DNA from: an uncultured Verrucomicrobiota bacterium
GTDB taxonomy: Bacteria > Verrucomicrobiota > Kiritimatiellia > CAIKKV01 > CAITUY01
DNA length: 51,501 nt
Assembly (NCBI GenBank): GCA_964584205.1
Contig: CAZOZF010000005.1
Coordinates: forward strand, 1 to 51,501
Direction: 5' to 3'
Below, piece by piece: positions 1 through 9,824 of the stretch; within the stretch, counting starts at the first letter, position 1; every line of letters begins with the position of its first letter. Both the position numbers and the translations under genes were made by a program. Below the pieces are notes generated by a model. The model had not been told where the DNA came from. It did not search any database and saw only the letters and a program-made list of their open reading frames with translations.

Positions 1-2
1 CG

Positions 3-1331
3 GGAGCGCGTGACGACCTGAAGTGGTTTGCCCTGGTCAATACCGACCGGACCACGATCTGGGCGCAGTTCAAGGGCGTGAATCCCAACGAGCAACTCGT
101 GGAAATCAACGTGCGCCGCGCGGTGTTCTATCCCGACCAGCCCGGGCGCAACTACATCACGGTTCGGGGCTTTGGCCTGCGGCATGCGGCCACGCCCTGG
201 GCGCCGCCGACCTCGGAACAGGTGGGGCTGATCGGGACGCACTGGAGCCGGGGATGGATCATTGAGGAAAACGATATCAGCCACTCGGTTTGTACCGCGG
301 TCACGCTCGGCAAATATGGCGATGAATGGGACAATCAGTCGGCCAATAGCGCCGAAGGGTATGTCAAGACGATCGAGCGCGGTTTCGCGAACGGGTGGAA
401 CAAGGCGACCGTCGGCCATCATGTGGTGCGGAACAACACCATAGCCCATTGCGAGCAGGCGGGAATTATCGGCAGTTTAGGCGCGGTATTCAGCACCGTC
501 ACCGCCAACACCATTCACGACATTCATGTGCGCAAGCTCTTCGGCGGTGCGGAAATGGCGGGGATCAAGTTTCACGGAGCGATCGATACTGAAATCAGCC
601 ACAATCACATCTACAACACCTGCCTCGCGATCTGGCTGGACTGGATGGCCCAGGGGACGCATGTGACGCGCAATCTCATGCACGACAACGGTGAGGATCT
701 GTTTACCGAGGTGGACCACGGGCCGATCCTGGTCGACAACAATATTTTCCTGTCGGCCCGGAACCTGGCCTCCAACTCCCAGGGCGCAGGTTATGCGCAC
801 AACCTGTTTGCGGGGGCGGTTGTCGAGAATTTGCTCGACCGGCGCAAGACGCCCTACATGAAGCCGCATTCCACGGAAGTCGTCGCCCTTCCCGAGAACC
901 CGACCGGTGACCACCGCTTCTACAACAACGTGTTCGTGGGGCGTGGCGACATGAGTACCTTTGACCGGGCGGAATTGCCCATGCAGGTGGACGGCAATGT
1001 CTTCTTTAAGGGGACAAAGCCCTGCAAACATGAGCTGAATCCGCAGGTGAACGCCGGATCGAATCCCGAGGTCCACTTGGTTGACAAGGACGGGAGCCTG
1101 TTCCTTGACATGACCCTGCCCGAGGGCTGGGCCGGCCCGCGCGCACGCTCAATGGTCACCACGGACCTTCTTGGCAAGACCGCCATCTCGCAGCTGCCGT
1201 TCGAACAGCCGGATGGCATGCCCCTCCGCCTGGATACGGATTATTTTGGAAAGCCCCGGAATGGCGCAAACCCAACCCCGGGTCCCTTCGAGGTGCCAGG
1301 GAACGGAAAACTCAACTTCAAGGTTTATTGA
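3..1331 (+). CDS. Right-handed beta-helix glycoside hydrolase, GH120 (XylC-like beta-xylosidase)-like; 5' end lies outside the window
   Basis: Frame is open from base 3 (GARDDLKWFALVNTDRTTIWAQF), matching the paralogue at 35015-36913. Contains AATPWAPPT, GIKFHGAID, IWLDWMAQG and EVDHGP motifs. Confidence 0.8.
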   Translation, partial: GARDDLKWFALVNTDRTTIWAQFKGVNPNEQLVEINVRRAVFYPDQPGRNYITVRGFGLRHAATPWAPPTSEQVGLIGTHWSRGWIIEENDISHSVCTAVTLGKYGDEWDNQSANSAEGYVKTIERGFANGWNKATVGHHVVRNNTIAHCEQAGIIGSLGAVFSTVTANTIHDIHVRKLFGGAEMAGIKFHGAIDTEISHNHIYNTCLAIWLDWMAQGTHVTRNLMHDNGEDLFTEVDHGPILVDNNIFLSARNLASNSQGAGYAHNLFAGAVVENLLDRRKTPYMKPHSTEVVALPENPTGDHRFYNNVFVGRGDMSTFDRAELPMQVDGNVFFKGTKPCKHELNPQVNAGSNPEVHLVDKDGSLFLDMTLPEGWAGPRARSMVTTDLLGKTAISQLPFEQPDGMPLRLDTDYFGKPRNGANPTPGPFEVPGNGKLNFKVY

Positions 1332-1466
1332 TCAATGGGTTCAGGGGCGGCAGGGAGTGAGATGGTCCTGCGGTGGGGGCAAGTGTTGAGGTGTTATGGT
1401 CACAAGGAGGCTATCTCGGTGTTTTCCTGGATCTCCCCTTGTCACCCGTAGAGGAGGAAGGGGATT

Positions 1467-3014
1467 ATGAGACATTGGCTTTATCAATTGGGGTCTGTCA
1501 TTTGGGTCGTGTTGTTGTGTAACACCGGAACGGCGGGGGGGCGGCCTAATATCCTGTTGCTGTTTTCCGACCAGCATAACGCCGACGCCATGGGCTGTGC
1601 GGGGCATCCGATTGTCAAGACGCCTCAGCTGGATGCGCTTGCCCGGCAGGGGGTGCGGTTCTCCCGCACCTATTGTCAGGATGCGATCTGTGTGCCGTCC
1701 CGCATTTCCTTGATGACCGGGCTTTATCCGCGCACCACGGGATGCCTGGACAACGGCAATGAGGACCAGTTTGACGACCAGGTGGATTTTCTGCCGCTCC
1801 AGCAGTTGTTGCAGGCCAACGGCTATTTCACAGTTTTCTCCGGAAAACTCCATATGGGGCGGAGGCGGCTCGTTGGAGGGTGGGACCGTAGCGCCACGGT
1901 TTTGCCATTGAAGGCCGAGCCGCTGCAGGAGAGTTATTTCGACTGGATTCGGGAAAAGGGGTACGAGGCAGCCCACAACCGTGACTGGGAAGGTTCATTG
2001 AAGTCCGATCTGGGCGCGCATCTCTCGAGTGTGCCGGATGAATTTCGTTCGGAGGCCTATACGGCCCGTAAGGCTGTGACCTTCATCAAGGAGGCTGTGC
2101 GGCAAGGGAAACCATTTTTCTGCTGGGCCTCCTTCCATGGACCGCATCAGCCCTACACTCCCACAAAACGTTGGGCCGACCTGTATCCGCCGGAAAGCAT
2201 CCCGTTGCCGCCGACGTGGAACGAGGCCGTTACGAACCTGCCTCCGGATCTTCAGAACTTGCGGAAGAACGTGAAGCCCCCCTGGAACTTGGCCAAGGCG
2301 GCGCTGAATCCGGACCTCTACCGGCGCTACATCGCCTACTACTATGCCCAGGTGTCGGAAGTTGACGATGGCATTGGGCAGGTGCTCCGATGTCTCGATG
2401 AGCTTGGACTGCGCGACAATACGATCGTCGTCTATGCGTCGGACCATGGTGATTTCATCGGGCGGCACGGGATGGTGGAGAAGTGCGCGGTGGGGCATAA
2501 CGTCTATGAGGAAACGTTGCACGTTCCGCTGATTATCTCGTGGCCCCGGCATTTCCAGGCGAACGGCAGCTGCGAAAGTCTGGTGGAACTGGTGGATCTC
2601 TATCCGACGCTGATGGAACTGGCCGGCGTGACGCGTCCGGCGGGCACTCCACGATTGGCGGGGCATTCGCTGGTCCGGACCCTCAAGGAAGGCAAACCCA
2701 CGGGGCGGCCGTATGCGTTCTCCGAGAATTGGTCGCAGACGACGGTTATCGGCGAACGCTACAAGCTCGGTGTGTGGCAGGATCCGGGTCCGGCCTATCC
2801 CAAACGCGATTGGCGCGGAAAGACGCCTGATCAGCTTTATGATCGCGTTAATGATCCCGGGGAAGTCCATAATCTCTGCGGCGCGCCGGAAGTGGCGGCG
2901 GTTGAGAAGGAGCTTCGCGAAGCTTTAGCGGCCTGGCAGGAACAAACGTCCGATGCTGGGAAACTCGCCTTGGCGGCAAAACTCCGGAAGCCGGCAACGG
3001 GTAGGAAGAGGTGA
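1467..3014 (+). CDS. Secreted Cys-type (formylglycine) S1 sulfatase
   Basis: Signal peptide, RPNILLLFSDQH, CVPSR signature, GKLH, PHQP, SDHG. Purine-rich RBS upstream. Confidence 0.92.
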   Translation: MRHWLYQLGSVIWVVLLCNTGTAGGRPNILLLFSDQHNADAMGCAGHPIVKTPQLDALARQGVRFSRTYCQDAICVPSRISLMTGLYPRTTGCLDNGNEDQFDDQVDFLPLQQLLQANGYFTVFSGKLHMGRRRLVGGWDRSATVLPLKAEPLQESYFDWIREKGYEAAHNRDWEGSLKSDLGAHLSSVPDEFRSEAYTARKAVTFIKEAVRQGKPFFCWASFHGPHQPYTPTKRWADLYPPESIPLPPTWNEAVTNLPPDLQNLRKNVKPPWNLAKAALNPDLYRRYIAYYYAQVSEVDDGIGQVLRCLDELGLRDNTIVVYASDHGDFIGRHGMVEKCAVGHNVYEETLHVPLIISWPRHFQANGSCESLVELVDLYPTLMELAGVTRPAGTPRLAGHSLVRTLKEGKPTGRPYAFSENWSQTTVIGERYKLGVWQDPGPAYPKRDWRGKTPDQLYDRVNDPGEVHNLCGAPEVAAVEKELREALAAWQEQTSDAGKLALAAKLRKPATGRKR

Positions 3015-3099
3015 TGTGGGCCGTGATGGCGGGTTGCTTACGCTTTACGTCAGAAGAGAATATTTGTTTTACCGCCTGGTTTTTTGCTTGCGTAACAAT

Positions 3100-3111
3100 A
3101 CCACTTCTGGT
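3100..3111. promoter_or_regulatory. Putative operator ACCA-N4-TGGT
   Basis: ACCACTTCTGGT in the AT-rich intergenic region. The motif recurs at six other upstream regions. Confidence 0.45.
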
Positions 3112-3210
3112 CTACTGTATTCAGTCAGTTCGGTTCATCCCGCGGAGATCGGCCAGAAGCAATGCTCCGTGCTTCCCCTCAAACGGGTCTGGAATCATGT
3201 TTGACCGAAG

Positions 3211-3300
3211 GCTGTAGTAACCGCAGCCTTCCCTGAGCTTGTCGAAGGGGTGTCGGCGGTATCTTCATGCTATGCCGGCGAGAACGCCGGCTACTACAGC
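3211..3300. repeat. GTAG-type REP/REPIN-like inverted repeat with a nested CCCTGAGCTTGTCGAAGGG hairpin unit
   Basis: Ends gctgtagtaaccg and cggctactacagc are inverted repeats (1 mismatch). The nested unit is at 3231-3249. Confidence 0.65.
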
Positions 3301-3382
3301 GGAGAAATACATAACTATATTCTGCAAGTCTCAATAAGATTAAGATTATGACTTTGTTCGGGGTAGTGTCGAAAGGAAGAAC

Positions 3383-5485
3383 ATGAGAACATCGGTTAGG
3401 GAATGTGTTGTGTGGATTGCGGTATTGTTGTTGGGAAGCCTGGTGGCGGATCTCCATGCCGATGTTAAGCTGGCGGATGTGTTCAGTGATGGCATGGTGC
3501 TGCAGCAGGGCATGAAGGTGAATGTCTGGGGCGATGCCGCGCCCGGGGAAGCCGTGACCGTGGAATTGGCCGGCAAGACGGTCCGTACGGTGGCCGATGA
3601 CCGGGGGCAGTGGCGCGTAAAGCTACCGGCTTTACCGGCCAGCGATAAGCCGTGTGACTTGAAAGTTACCGGGAATCTCAAATCTGTAATTTCTAATCAA
3701 ACATGCACGAATGTGCTCGTGGGCGAGGTATGGCTGTGTTCTGGACAGTCCAACATGGAGTGGACGAATAAGGGCACGCTGTTAAGCAATGTCTGTGCCC
3801 AGGTATGCGCCGAGGCGGACTTTCCGCAAATCCGTGTGCTGACGGTGCCCCGAACGACGGCCCTGGAGCCGCAACGGAACATGACCGGGGCCTGCTGGAG
3901 GGTCTGCAATCCCACCAATGCCGCGAATTTCTCCGCAACAGGATATTTCTTCGGGCGCGAACTTCACCGTGCTCTCAAGGTTCCGGTCGGCTTGATTGTC
4001 AGCGCCGTGGGGGGGACGCCGTCGGAATCCTGGACAAGTCTCCAGGCCGTGGAGAAGGATCCAGCCTACCCGGTGATTGCCGACGAATGGGTCAAGATTT
4101 TGGCCGATTATCCTGCCGCTACCCAGCGGTATGAGCAGGTGGCGATCCCGAACTGGAAGAAGGCCGTGGTCAAGGCCAAGGCCGAAGGGAAACCGGTACC
4201 CAACAGGCCCGGTGAACCCAAGGGGCCGAAACATGCCTGGCGGCCCGGCAACCTGTTCAATGCGATGATCGCGCCGCTGATCCCCTATACGATCCGCGGG
4301 GTGACGTGGTACCAGGGGGAAAGTAATGCCGACAAGATGGACCGGGCCCTTCAGTACTACACGCTCTTCCCGACGATGATCAAGGATTGGCGCGCGCGGT
4401 GGGATCAGGGCAATATTCCTTTCCTGTTCGTCCAACTGGCGAATTTCAAGTCCGTCCAAACGAATGCGGTGGAGGACAGCAACTGGCCGTTCCTGCGCGA
4501 GGCCCAGACACGAACCCTATCGTTGCCGGATACGGGAATGGCACTGGCGATTGACGTGAACAATGAACCCGACAACATCCACCCCCGGAACAAACCGGAA
4601 GTCGGCCGGAGGTTATCGCTCGTTGCCCTGGCCCAGGTGTATGGGCGAAAAGTTGTGTGCTCCGGACCGGTATATGATGGAATGAAAATCAAGGCCGACA
4701 AGGTTATCTTGCGCTTCAAGAACACCGATGGCGGGCTGATGGCTCAGTCGGAGGATACTCCGCAAAAACTGAAGGGTTTTGCCATCGCGGGAGAGGACAG
4801 GAATTTCGTTTGGGCCGACGCGGTCATTGATGGAAGCAAGGTGGTGGTGTCCTCGCCCGCCGTGCCCAAGCCGGTGGCGGTGCGCTACAGCTGGGCGATG
4901 AATCCGATCGGGAACCTCTATAACGGGGCCGGACTGCCGGCGTCGCCATTCCGGACGGATGACCGATCAAAAGGGAACGCGGGCCAAGAAAACGTGGCAA
5001 AACCCAACGTCGTCTACATCCTCGCGGATGACCTTGGCTGGAGCGACCTTAGCACGCATCCGGGTGGCGGCATTCCGACACCGAACATTGACAGGTTGTT
5101 TAAACAGGGAGTTCAACTCAACAACTTCATGGGCTGGTGCGTCTGCTCGCCAACGCGGGCGATGCTGCTCACGGGGCGTCATCCGTTTCGTGTTGGCACT
5201 GGGCCGGAGACCGGCGGCGAATTGGGAAAAGCCGAAACGACCATTGCCGAGGGGTTCAAGGTGAACGGCTATCGTACCGGGATCTTTGGCAAGTGGCATA
5301 ACGGCGATGACCCTGATACACCTGAGTATCGCGCGGCCTTTGCGGAGGCCTTCAAGGCGATGCCGAACAAGAGGTTCAAAGGCGGTCTCGGCGTCAATGA
5401 GCACGGCTTCGATGAGGCGTGGGTCTATTATGGAGGCGGCGCGGATTACTTCACGCGACGCACTGTGGGGGCAAAGGCCCGGTGA
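3383..5485 (+). CDS. Sialate O-acetylesterase-like (SASA, SGNH) esterase fused to the N-terminal half of a sulfatase; frameshifted at 5467-5471
   Basis: Signal peptide, GEVWLCSGQSNM, WYQGESN and NIHP motifs, then KPNVVYILADDLG, CSPTR, GKWH, GFDE. Confidence 0.85.
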   Translation: MRTSVRECVVWIAVLLLGSLVADLHADVKLADVFSDGMVLQQGMKVNVWGDAAPGEAVTVELAGKTVRTVADDRGQWRVKLPALPASDKPCDLKVTGNLKSVISNQTCTNVLVGEVWLCSGQSNMEWTNKGTLLSNVCAQVCAEADFPQIRVLTVPRTTALEPQRNMTGACWRVCNPTNAANFSATGYFFGRELHRALKVPVGLIVSAVGGTPSESWTSLQAVEKDPAYPVIADEWVKILADYPAATQRYEQVAIPNWKKAVVKAKAEGKPVPNRPGEPKGPKHAWRPGNLFNAMIAPLIPYTIRGVTWYQGESNADKMDRALQYYTLFPTMIKDWRARWDQGNIPFLFVQLANFKSVQTNAVEDSNWPFLREAQTRTLSLPDTGMALAIDVNNEPDNIHPRNKPEVGRRLSLVALAQVYGRKVVCSGPVYDGMKIKADKVILRFKNTDGGLMAQSEDTPQKLKGFAIAGEDRNFVWADAVIDGSKVVVSSPAVPKPVAVRYSWAMNPIGNLYNGAGLPASPFRTDDRSKGNAGQENVAKPNVVYILADDLGWSDLSTHPGGGIPTPNIDRLFKQGVQLNNFMGWCVCSPTRAMLLTGRHPFRVGTGPETGGELGKAETTIAEGFKVNGYRTGIFGKWHNGDDPDTPEYRAAFAEAFKAMPNKRFKGGLGVNEHGFDEAWVYYGGGADYFTRRTVGAKAR

Positions 5486-6858
5486 GTTGGTGGCACAACC
5501 GCGAATACCGTCCGCAGGACGCAGGCTACACGGAAGACTTCATCGTGCAGCACGCCCTGGAGTTCATCCGCGACAACAAGGACCGGCCATTTTTTTGCTA
5601 TGTGCCGTTTCACATCGTTCACGCGCCGCTGCAGGCCAAGCCGTCTGACCTGGCGCTCGCCGACGCGGATGCTGACAAGAGCGCCAAGCCCACGGATGAA
5701 TCCAAGCGCACTTACAAGGCGATGGTGGAGGCGATGGACCGGAACGTGGCGGCAATCCTGGCCGAACTGGAACGACTCGGTTTGAGCAGCAACACGATCG
5801 TTGTTTTCACTAGCGATAACGGCGCGACCAAGGATGGCAGCAATCTCCCGTTCAGAGGCGGCAAGCATACAGTCTTCGAAGGAGGCACGCGCCTCCCCAC
5901 GGTGATGTATTGGCCGAACGGCAAAGTCACCAGCGGCGCGTGGGACGGTCTCTGCGGCGCTCTCGATATGTTCCCGACTTTGATGGCGATGACTGGCTCG
6001 AAGATGCCCGAGACCCGCCCGCTCGACGGCAAGAACATCTGGCCCGCGCTCCGCGGCCACACCGTCAGCCCCGTCGAGAGCTACTACTGGGCATGGCACA
6101 ACGAAGATGCAATCCGTACATCCGATTGGCGCTTGCACCGCTTTTTCGACCACGTCGAACTCTACAACATCCGTGAAGACATCGGCGAAACGCAGAACGT
6201 CGCGGCCGCGAATCCCAATGTGGTAAAAGCACTTTCCGCAAAGATGAACTCATGGGTCGATTCGCTCTCGGCCGCGCTGTCCCACCAGACCGTTCCCTCG
6301 AGGCTTGACGCCAAGCCAGCGCCGGAAGGTGATGTGTTGGAAGTCTCTGTCACCGCGACCGCTCTGGCGAAACCGAAGGACATGCTCGTCGTGCCGTTCG
6401 CCGGTCTGGAAGAGCCACAGTTCGCCACCGACTATGTCGAGTATGATATTGCAACCGCTGCGGGCAGTTTGCCGTCCGGCTTCTTCTACTCGCCGTTCAA
6501 AGGCAACGACCTCAAAAACGTGACGCTTGAATTCAAGCGCGGGCAGGGAATTGACCAATTCGGAAGGGAGCAGGTTCTTGGTCCCGAACCCAAGGGCGGT
6601 CCGGGAGTATGGGAACATCGCATCATCGGACTCTGCAGCAGCGCTCCCGGAGTTCTGCCGCGTCACGGCCTCGTGTTCAAGGGTGGCAAACCCGGCACCT
6701 ACAAAGTCTATCTCGACAACCTCCGTATCCGTCATGCCGATGGCAGCACGACGCCGCTGTGGACTGGCGGGAAAGACACGCGATTTCCAAAGATGGCTGA
6801 ATCTGGGGCGTTCACGAATATCCGTGTAAGCGCCGTGCTGTCTGACCAAGCAAAATGA
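5419..6858 (+). CDS. C-terminal half of the same sulfatase plus an extra beta-sandwich domain (continuation of 3383-5485 after the frameshift)
   Basis: RPFFCYVPFHIVHAP, FTSDNG, KHTVFEGGTRLP, ELYNIREDIGE. No sulfatase N-terminus of its own; adding one G at 5467-5471 joins the frames. Confidence 0.8.
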   Translation: MGLLWRRRGLLHATHCGGKGPVSWWHNREYRPQDAGYTEDFIVQHALEFIRDNKDRPFFCYVPFHIVHAPLQAKPSDLALADADADKSAKPTDESKRTYKAMVEAMDRNVAAILAELERLGLSSNTIVVFTSDNGATKDGSNLPFRGGKHTVFEGGTRLPTVMYWPNGKVTSGAWDGLCGALDMFPTLMAMTGSKMPETRPLDGKNIWPALRGHTVSPVESYYWAWHNEDAIRTSDWRLHRFFDHVELYNIREDIGETQNVAAANPNVVKALSAKMNSWVDSLSAALSHQTVPSRLDAKPAPEGDVLEVSVTATALAKPKDMLVVPFAGLEEPQFATDYVEYDIATAAGSLPSGFFYSPFKGNDLKNVTLEFKRGQGIDQFGREQVLGPEPKGGPGVWEHRIIGLCSSAPGVLPRHGLVFKGGKPGTYKVYLDNLRIRHADGSTTPLWTGGKDTRFPKMAESGAFTNIRVSAVLSDQAK

Positions 6859-6916
6859 AAACAGCACTCAACGATGTGATCCGCCTCCCTGTTGCCGAAA
6901 AATAAGCAAAAGGTTG

Positions 6917-9814
6917 ATGATGCAGCGAAAACTAGCCGCACTAATGGCATGGAGTCTTCTGGCGTTTGCCAGTCGGGCGGCGGTGCAATGCCCGCTTGAG
7001 TTTGCGCCCCGGGAGGGAATCGTCAAATTCCCGGAGCAACCCTATCGCCAGGAACTGTGTCTCAACGGCTCTTGGCAATTCCAGCCGATCTCTTTGCCCG
7101 AGGAGTTTGCTGCGACCCAAGGCGTTGCCCCGGAACTGACTCCGCCACAAGCGGGGCGATGGTCGGCGACGCCCATCAAGATTCCTTCACATTGGAACGT
7201 CAACACCTGGGGCGGTGGACGGCCAAACCGGAAGAAAGCAAACCAGATGTATTGGCCTGACTCGATCTACTATCCGAGTTATCCGATAGCGTGGGATGCG
7301 GCGAAAATGGGCTGGCTACGACGAAGATTCCGGGTGCCCGACAAATGGAATGAACAGCGGCTTGTTCTGCACTTTGAGGCCGTATCGGGGGATTGCCAGG
7401 TGTGGTTGAATGGAGAAAAAATCAAAGAGCATTTTGACAACTACCTGCCATTTGAAGTGGATGTGTCCGGCCAGGTCCGTAGAGACGCCGAAAATGAACT
7501 CCTTGTCGGTATCCGCGGGGCGAACCTGTATAACAAGACCAATTCACACTTTCCGAAGTTTGCGGTGACCCATCCTCCAGGTTCCGAGACAGATCCGCTG
7601 ATCGGTATATGGCAGGACGTGTTCCTGCTTGCATTGCCTCTGGTTCACATCGCCGATGTGTTTGTGAAGCCATTGGTCAAACAAGGGTTAATCGAAGCCG
7701 AGGTGACTCTTATAAATGCCAGCCAGCAGGATCAGACCGTGCAAATTGGAGCCGAGATTTGTCCTTGGACACGTTCCGCAACGGAACCCGGTTGGCGTTT
7801 GGATCCGGCAGTGTTGTCCATAGAGGCTCGTAAAGTGACTGTTAAAGCAGGGCTGAAGGCAACAATCGTTCTGCGCCGAGCTGTGGAAGACCAACTGCGC
7901 CTCTGGTCGCCCCGGTCGCCAAACCTGTATGGGTTGGTGTTGTTGATGAGCGCGCAGGGGAAATCGGTGGATCGCCATTATACCCGATTCGGATGGAGGG
8001 AGTTCACGATACAGAATTCAGACCTGCTGCTCAATGGCGACAAGATCAAACTTATGGGAGAGTGGGCCCATCCGTTCGGTGCTTACGTCATGAGTCCACG
8101 CTATGTTCAAGCATGGTATCAGATGGTCAAGGATTTCGGAGGCAATGCCGTTCGTCCCCACGCCCAGATCCATCCCCGCTTCTATATGGAGCTTGCTGAT
8201 GAGATGGGGATCTTGATCCTGGATGAAACGGCTATCTTCGGCAGTTCGGTCAGGCTCAATACAGAAGAACCGGTATTCTGGGAGCGCTGCGCGTCGCAGT
8301 ATGACGGGTTGGTGCTCCGCGACCGCAACCATCCGAGCGTGATGGGATGGAGTTTTGCCAATGAAATGTTTGCCATTCCCCGACATAACAAATTTTCCCC
8401 GACGGCAATGAAGAGCTATAACGAAAAACTGAGTGCGCTAAGCCGGCGTTCCTTGGCGCTCGATCCGACCCGGACATGGATCACCAGCGATGGGGATGAA
8501 GATTTGAACGGTAGTCTACCGGTGTGGAGCCGGCATTTTGGCGTCGGAAACCATGTGGACGAGCTGCCGAAAGATTTGAACAAACCCCTGGTAGTCAGCG
8601 AAAGCGGCGGTGCATATTTTGCCACGCCGGAACAACTCTCGGTTTTCAATGGAGACCGTGCCTATGAAAGCTATCTCGGTCGCAACGAGGCGCTGGCTAT
8701 CGATCATTACGACAATGCGGTAAATATGGCCCTGCCATACCTGACCTATTTTTCAACCCGCCAGATTGTTTGGTGGGGCCTGGAGCATCTCAATCTCGGA
8801 TACAATGAGTTTTCCAGACTTCCCAATGAGGCGGACGGCGTGTTTTTCGTAAAACCCTTCGTGGAGGGGAAACCAGGCATGCAACCCGAGCGCATTCCTC
8901 CCTATGCCACAACCCTTAACCCCGGATGGGATGCTTCGCTGCCCCTGTCGAAGCCGCTTCCGGTATTCTATGCAATGAAGGCGGCGCTGGCTCCCGGTGG
9001 GCCGAAGCCTTGCCCGTGGGATCACAAGTCCAAACCTGTTACGGCAGGAATCGCACCTCCCATCGCTGAAGGACAACCGGTCTATTTCACAGGCTCAGGT
9101 CGTTCGCCCCTGCGGAAGCAACTGATTGAGTGGGGCGTGTCCCTGGCGGAAGCCGGGGCGACGCACGCGGGATTCATGGTTATTGACGGTCAATCGTTGG
9201 TCGATGATCAGTTGGCGGACATTCGCGGAAAGATGGAGGGCATTTTTGCCTCCGGAGGAACCGTGCTGCTGATGGTCTGTGATGATAAGGTTCCCATTGC
9301 GTGCATCGATCGCCTCTTGCCGGCCCCGCTTGAACTGACACAACGACGGCAGACGATGGTGGCTCCCTGTGGCGGAGATCCTTGGTTGGCTGGGCTCAGA
9401 TTAAAGGATTTCTACTTTGCCGGGGAGGAGGGGGATTGTGATATCCTTAAGTGCGGACTGGCTGGTCCACTCGTGAAGAAGGGTTCGGTGGTTCTGGAAG
9501 CAGCTGCAACCGATTGGGCTTTGTTCAATAATATGCCACAAAAATCCAAGGCCGCCGCCGTAACCTTGTATGAGCATCTTCAAAAGCCATCCGGCTCAGC
9601 CCTTGTCCGCATCCCGCAAGGAAGCGGAACTCTGGCCGTGTGCAGCCTGGACTACCGTCTCGCATCTCCGTCAAGCCAGTCGATGTGGCAGCACTTGTTG
9701 GCCAATATGGGAGTGGAAGTGAAATGCAGCAAGCATCAGGTCGAAACACAATCCAGCACAAAAAATAAAGAAAATAATCAAGGAATAGATCCCTTATTTC
9801 TGAACGAAAAGTGA
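6917..9814 (+). CDS. Glycoside hydrolase family 2 (beta-galactosidase/glucuronidase-like) with C-terminal extension
   Basis: CLNGSW, LHFEAV, GIWQDV, LWSPRSPNLY, FGWREF, RDRNHPSVMGWSFANE (acid/base), VSESGG (candidate nucleophile). Signal peptide. Confidence 0.88.
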   Translation: MMQRKLAALMAWSLLAFASRAAVQCPLEFAPREGIVKFPEQPYRQELCLNGSWQFQPISLPEEFAATQGVAPELTPPQAGRWSATPIKIPSHWNVNTWGGGRPNRKKANQMYWPDSIYYPSYPIAWDAAKMGWLRRRFRVPDKWNEQRLVLHFEAVSGDCQVWLNGEKIKEHFDNYLPFEVDVSGQVRRDAENELLVGIRGANLYNKTNSHFPKFAVTHPPGSETDPLIGIWQDVFLLALPLVHIADVFVKPLVKQGLIEAEVTLINASQQDQTVQIGAEICPWTRSATEPGWRLDPAVLSIEARKVTVKAGLKATIVLRRAVEDQLRLWSPRSPNLYGLVLLMSAQGKSVDRHYTRFGWREFTIQNSDLLLNGDKIKLMGEWAHPFGAYVMSPRYVQAWYQMVKDFGGNAVRPHAQIHPRFYMELADEMGILILDETAIFGSSVRLNTEEPVFWERCASQYDGLVLRDRNHPSVMGWSFANEMFAIPRHNKFSPTAMKSYNEKLSALSRRSLALDPTRTWITSDGDEDLNGSLPVWSRHFGVGNHVDELPKDLNKPLVVSESGGAYFATPEQLSVFNGDRAYESYLGRNEALAIDHYDNAVNMALPYLTYFSTRQIVWWGLEHLNLGYNEFSRLPNEADGVFFVKPFVEGKPGMQPERIPPYATTLNPGWDASLPLSKPLPVFYAMKAALAPGGPKPCPWDHKSKPVTAGIAPPIAEGQPVYFTGSGRSPLRKQLIEWGVSLAEAGATHAGFMVIDGQSLVDDQLADIRGKMEGIFASGGTVLLMVCDDKVPIACIDRLLPAPLELTQRRQTMVAPCGGDPWLAGLRLKDFYFAGEEGDCDILKCGLAGPLVKKGSVVLEAAATDWALFNNMPQKSKAAAVTLYEHLQKPSGSALVRIPQGSGTLAVCSLDYRLASPSSQSMWQHLLANMGVEVKCSKHQVETQSSTKNKENNQGIDPLFLNEK

Positions 9815-9824
9815 GAGGATAAAT

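Noticed and set aside
1434-1464. TCCCCTT / AAGGGGA stem over the sulfatase RBS as a riboswitch or attenuator
   Set aside because: Only a 7-bp stem with no recognisable aptamer or alternative structure; could arise by chance.
3011-3217. Small intergenic ORFs (2953-3204, 3011-3217, 26836-27042, 48989-49264, 49307-49621)
   Set aside because: They overlap promoter-like or repeat sequence, or are out-of-frame shadows of real genes, with no motifs.
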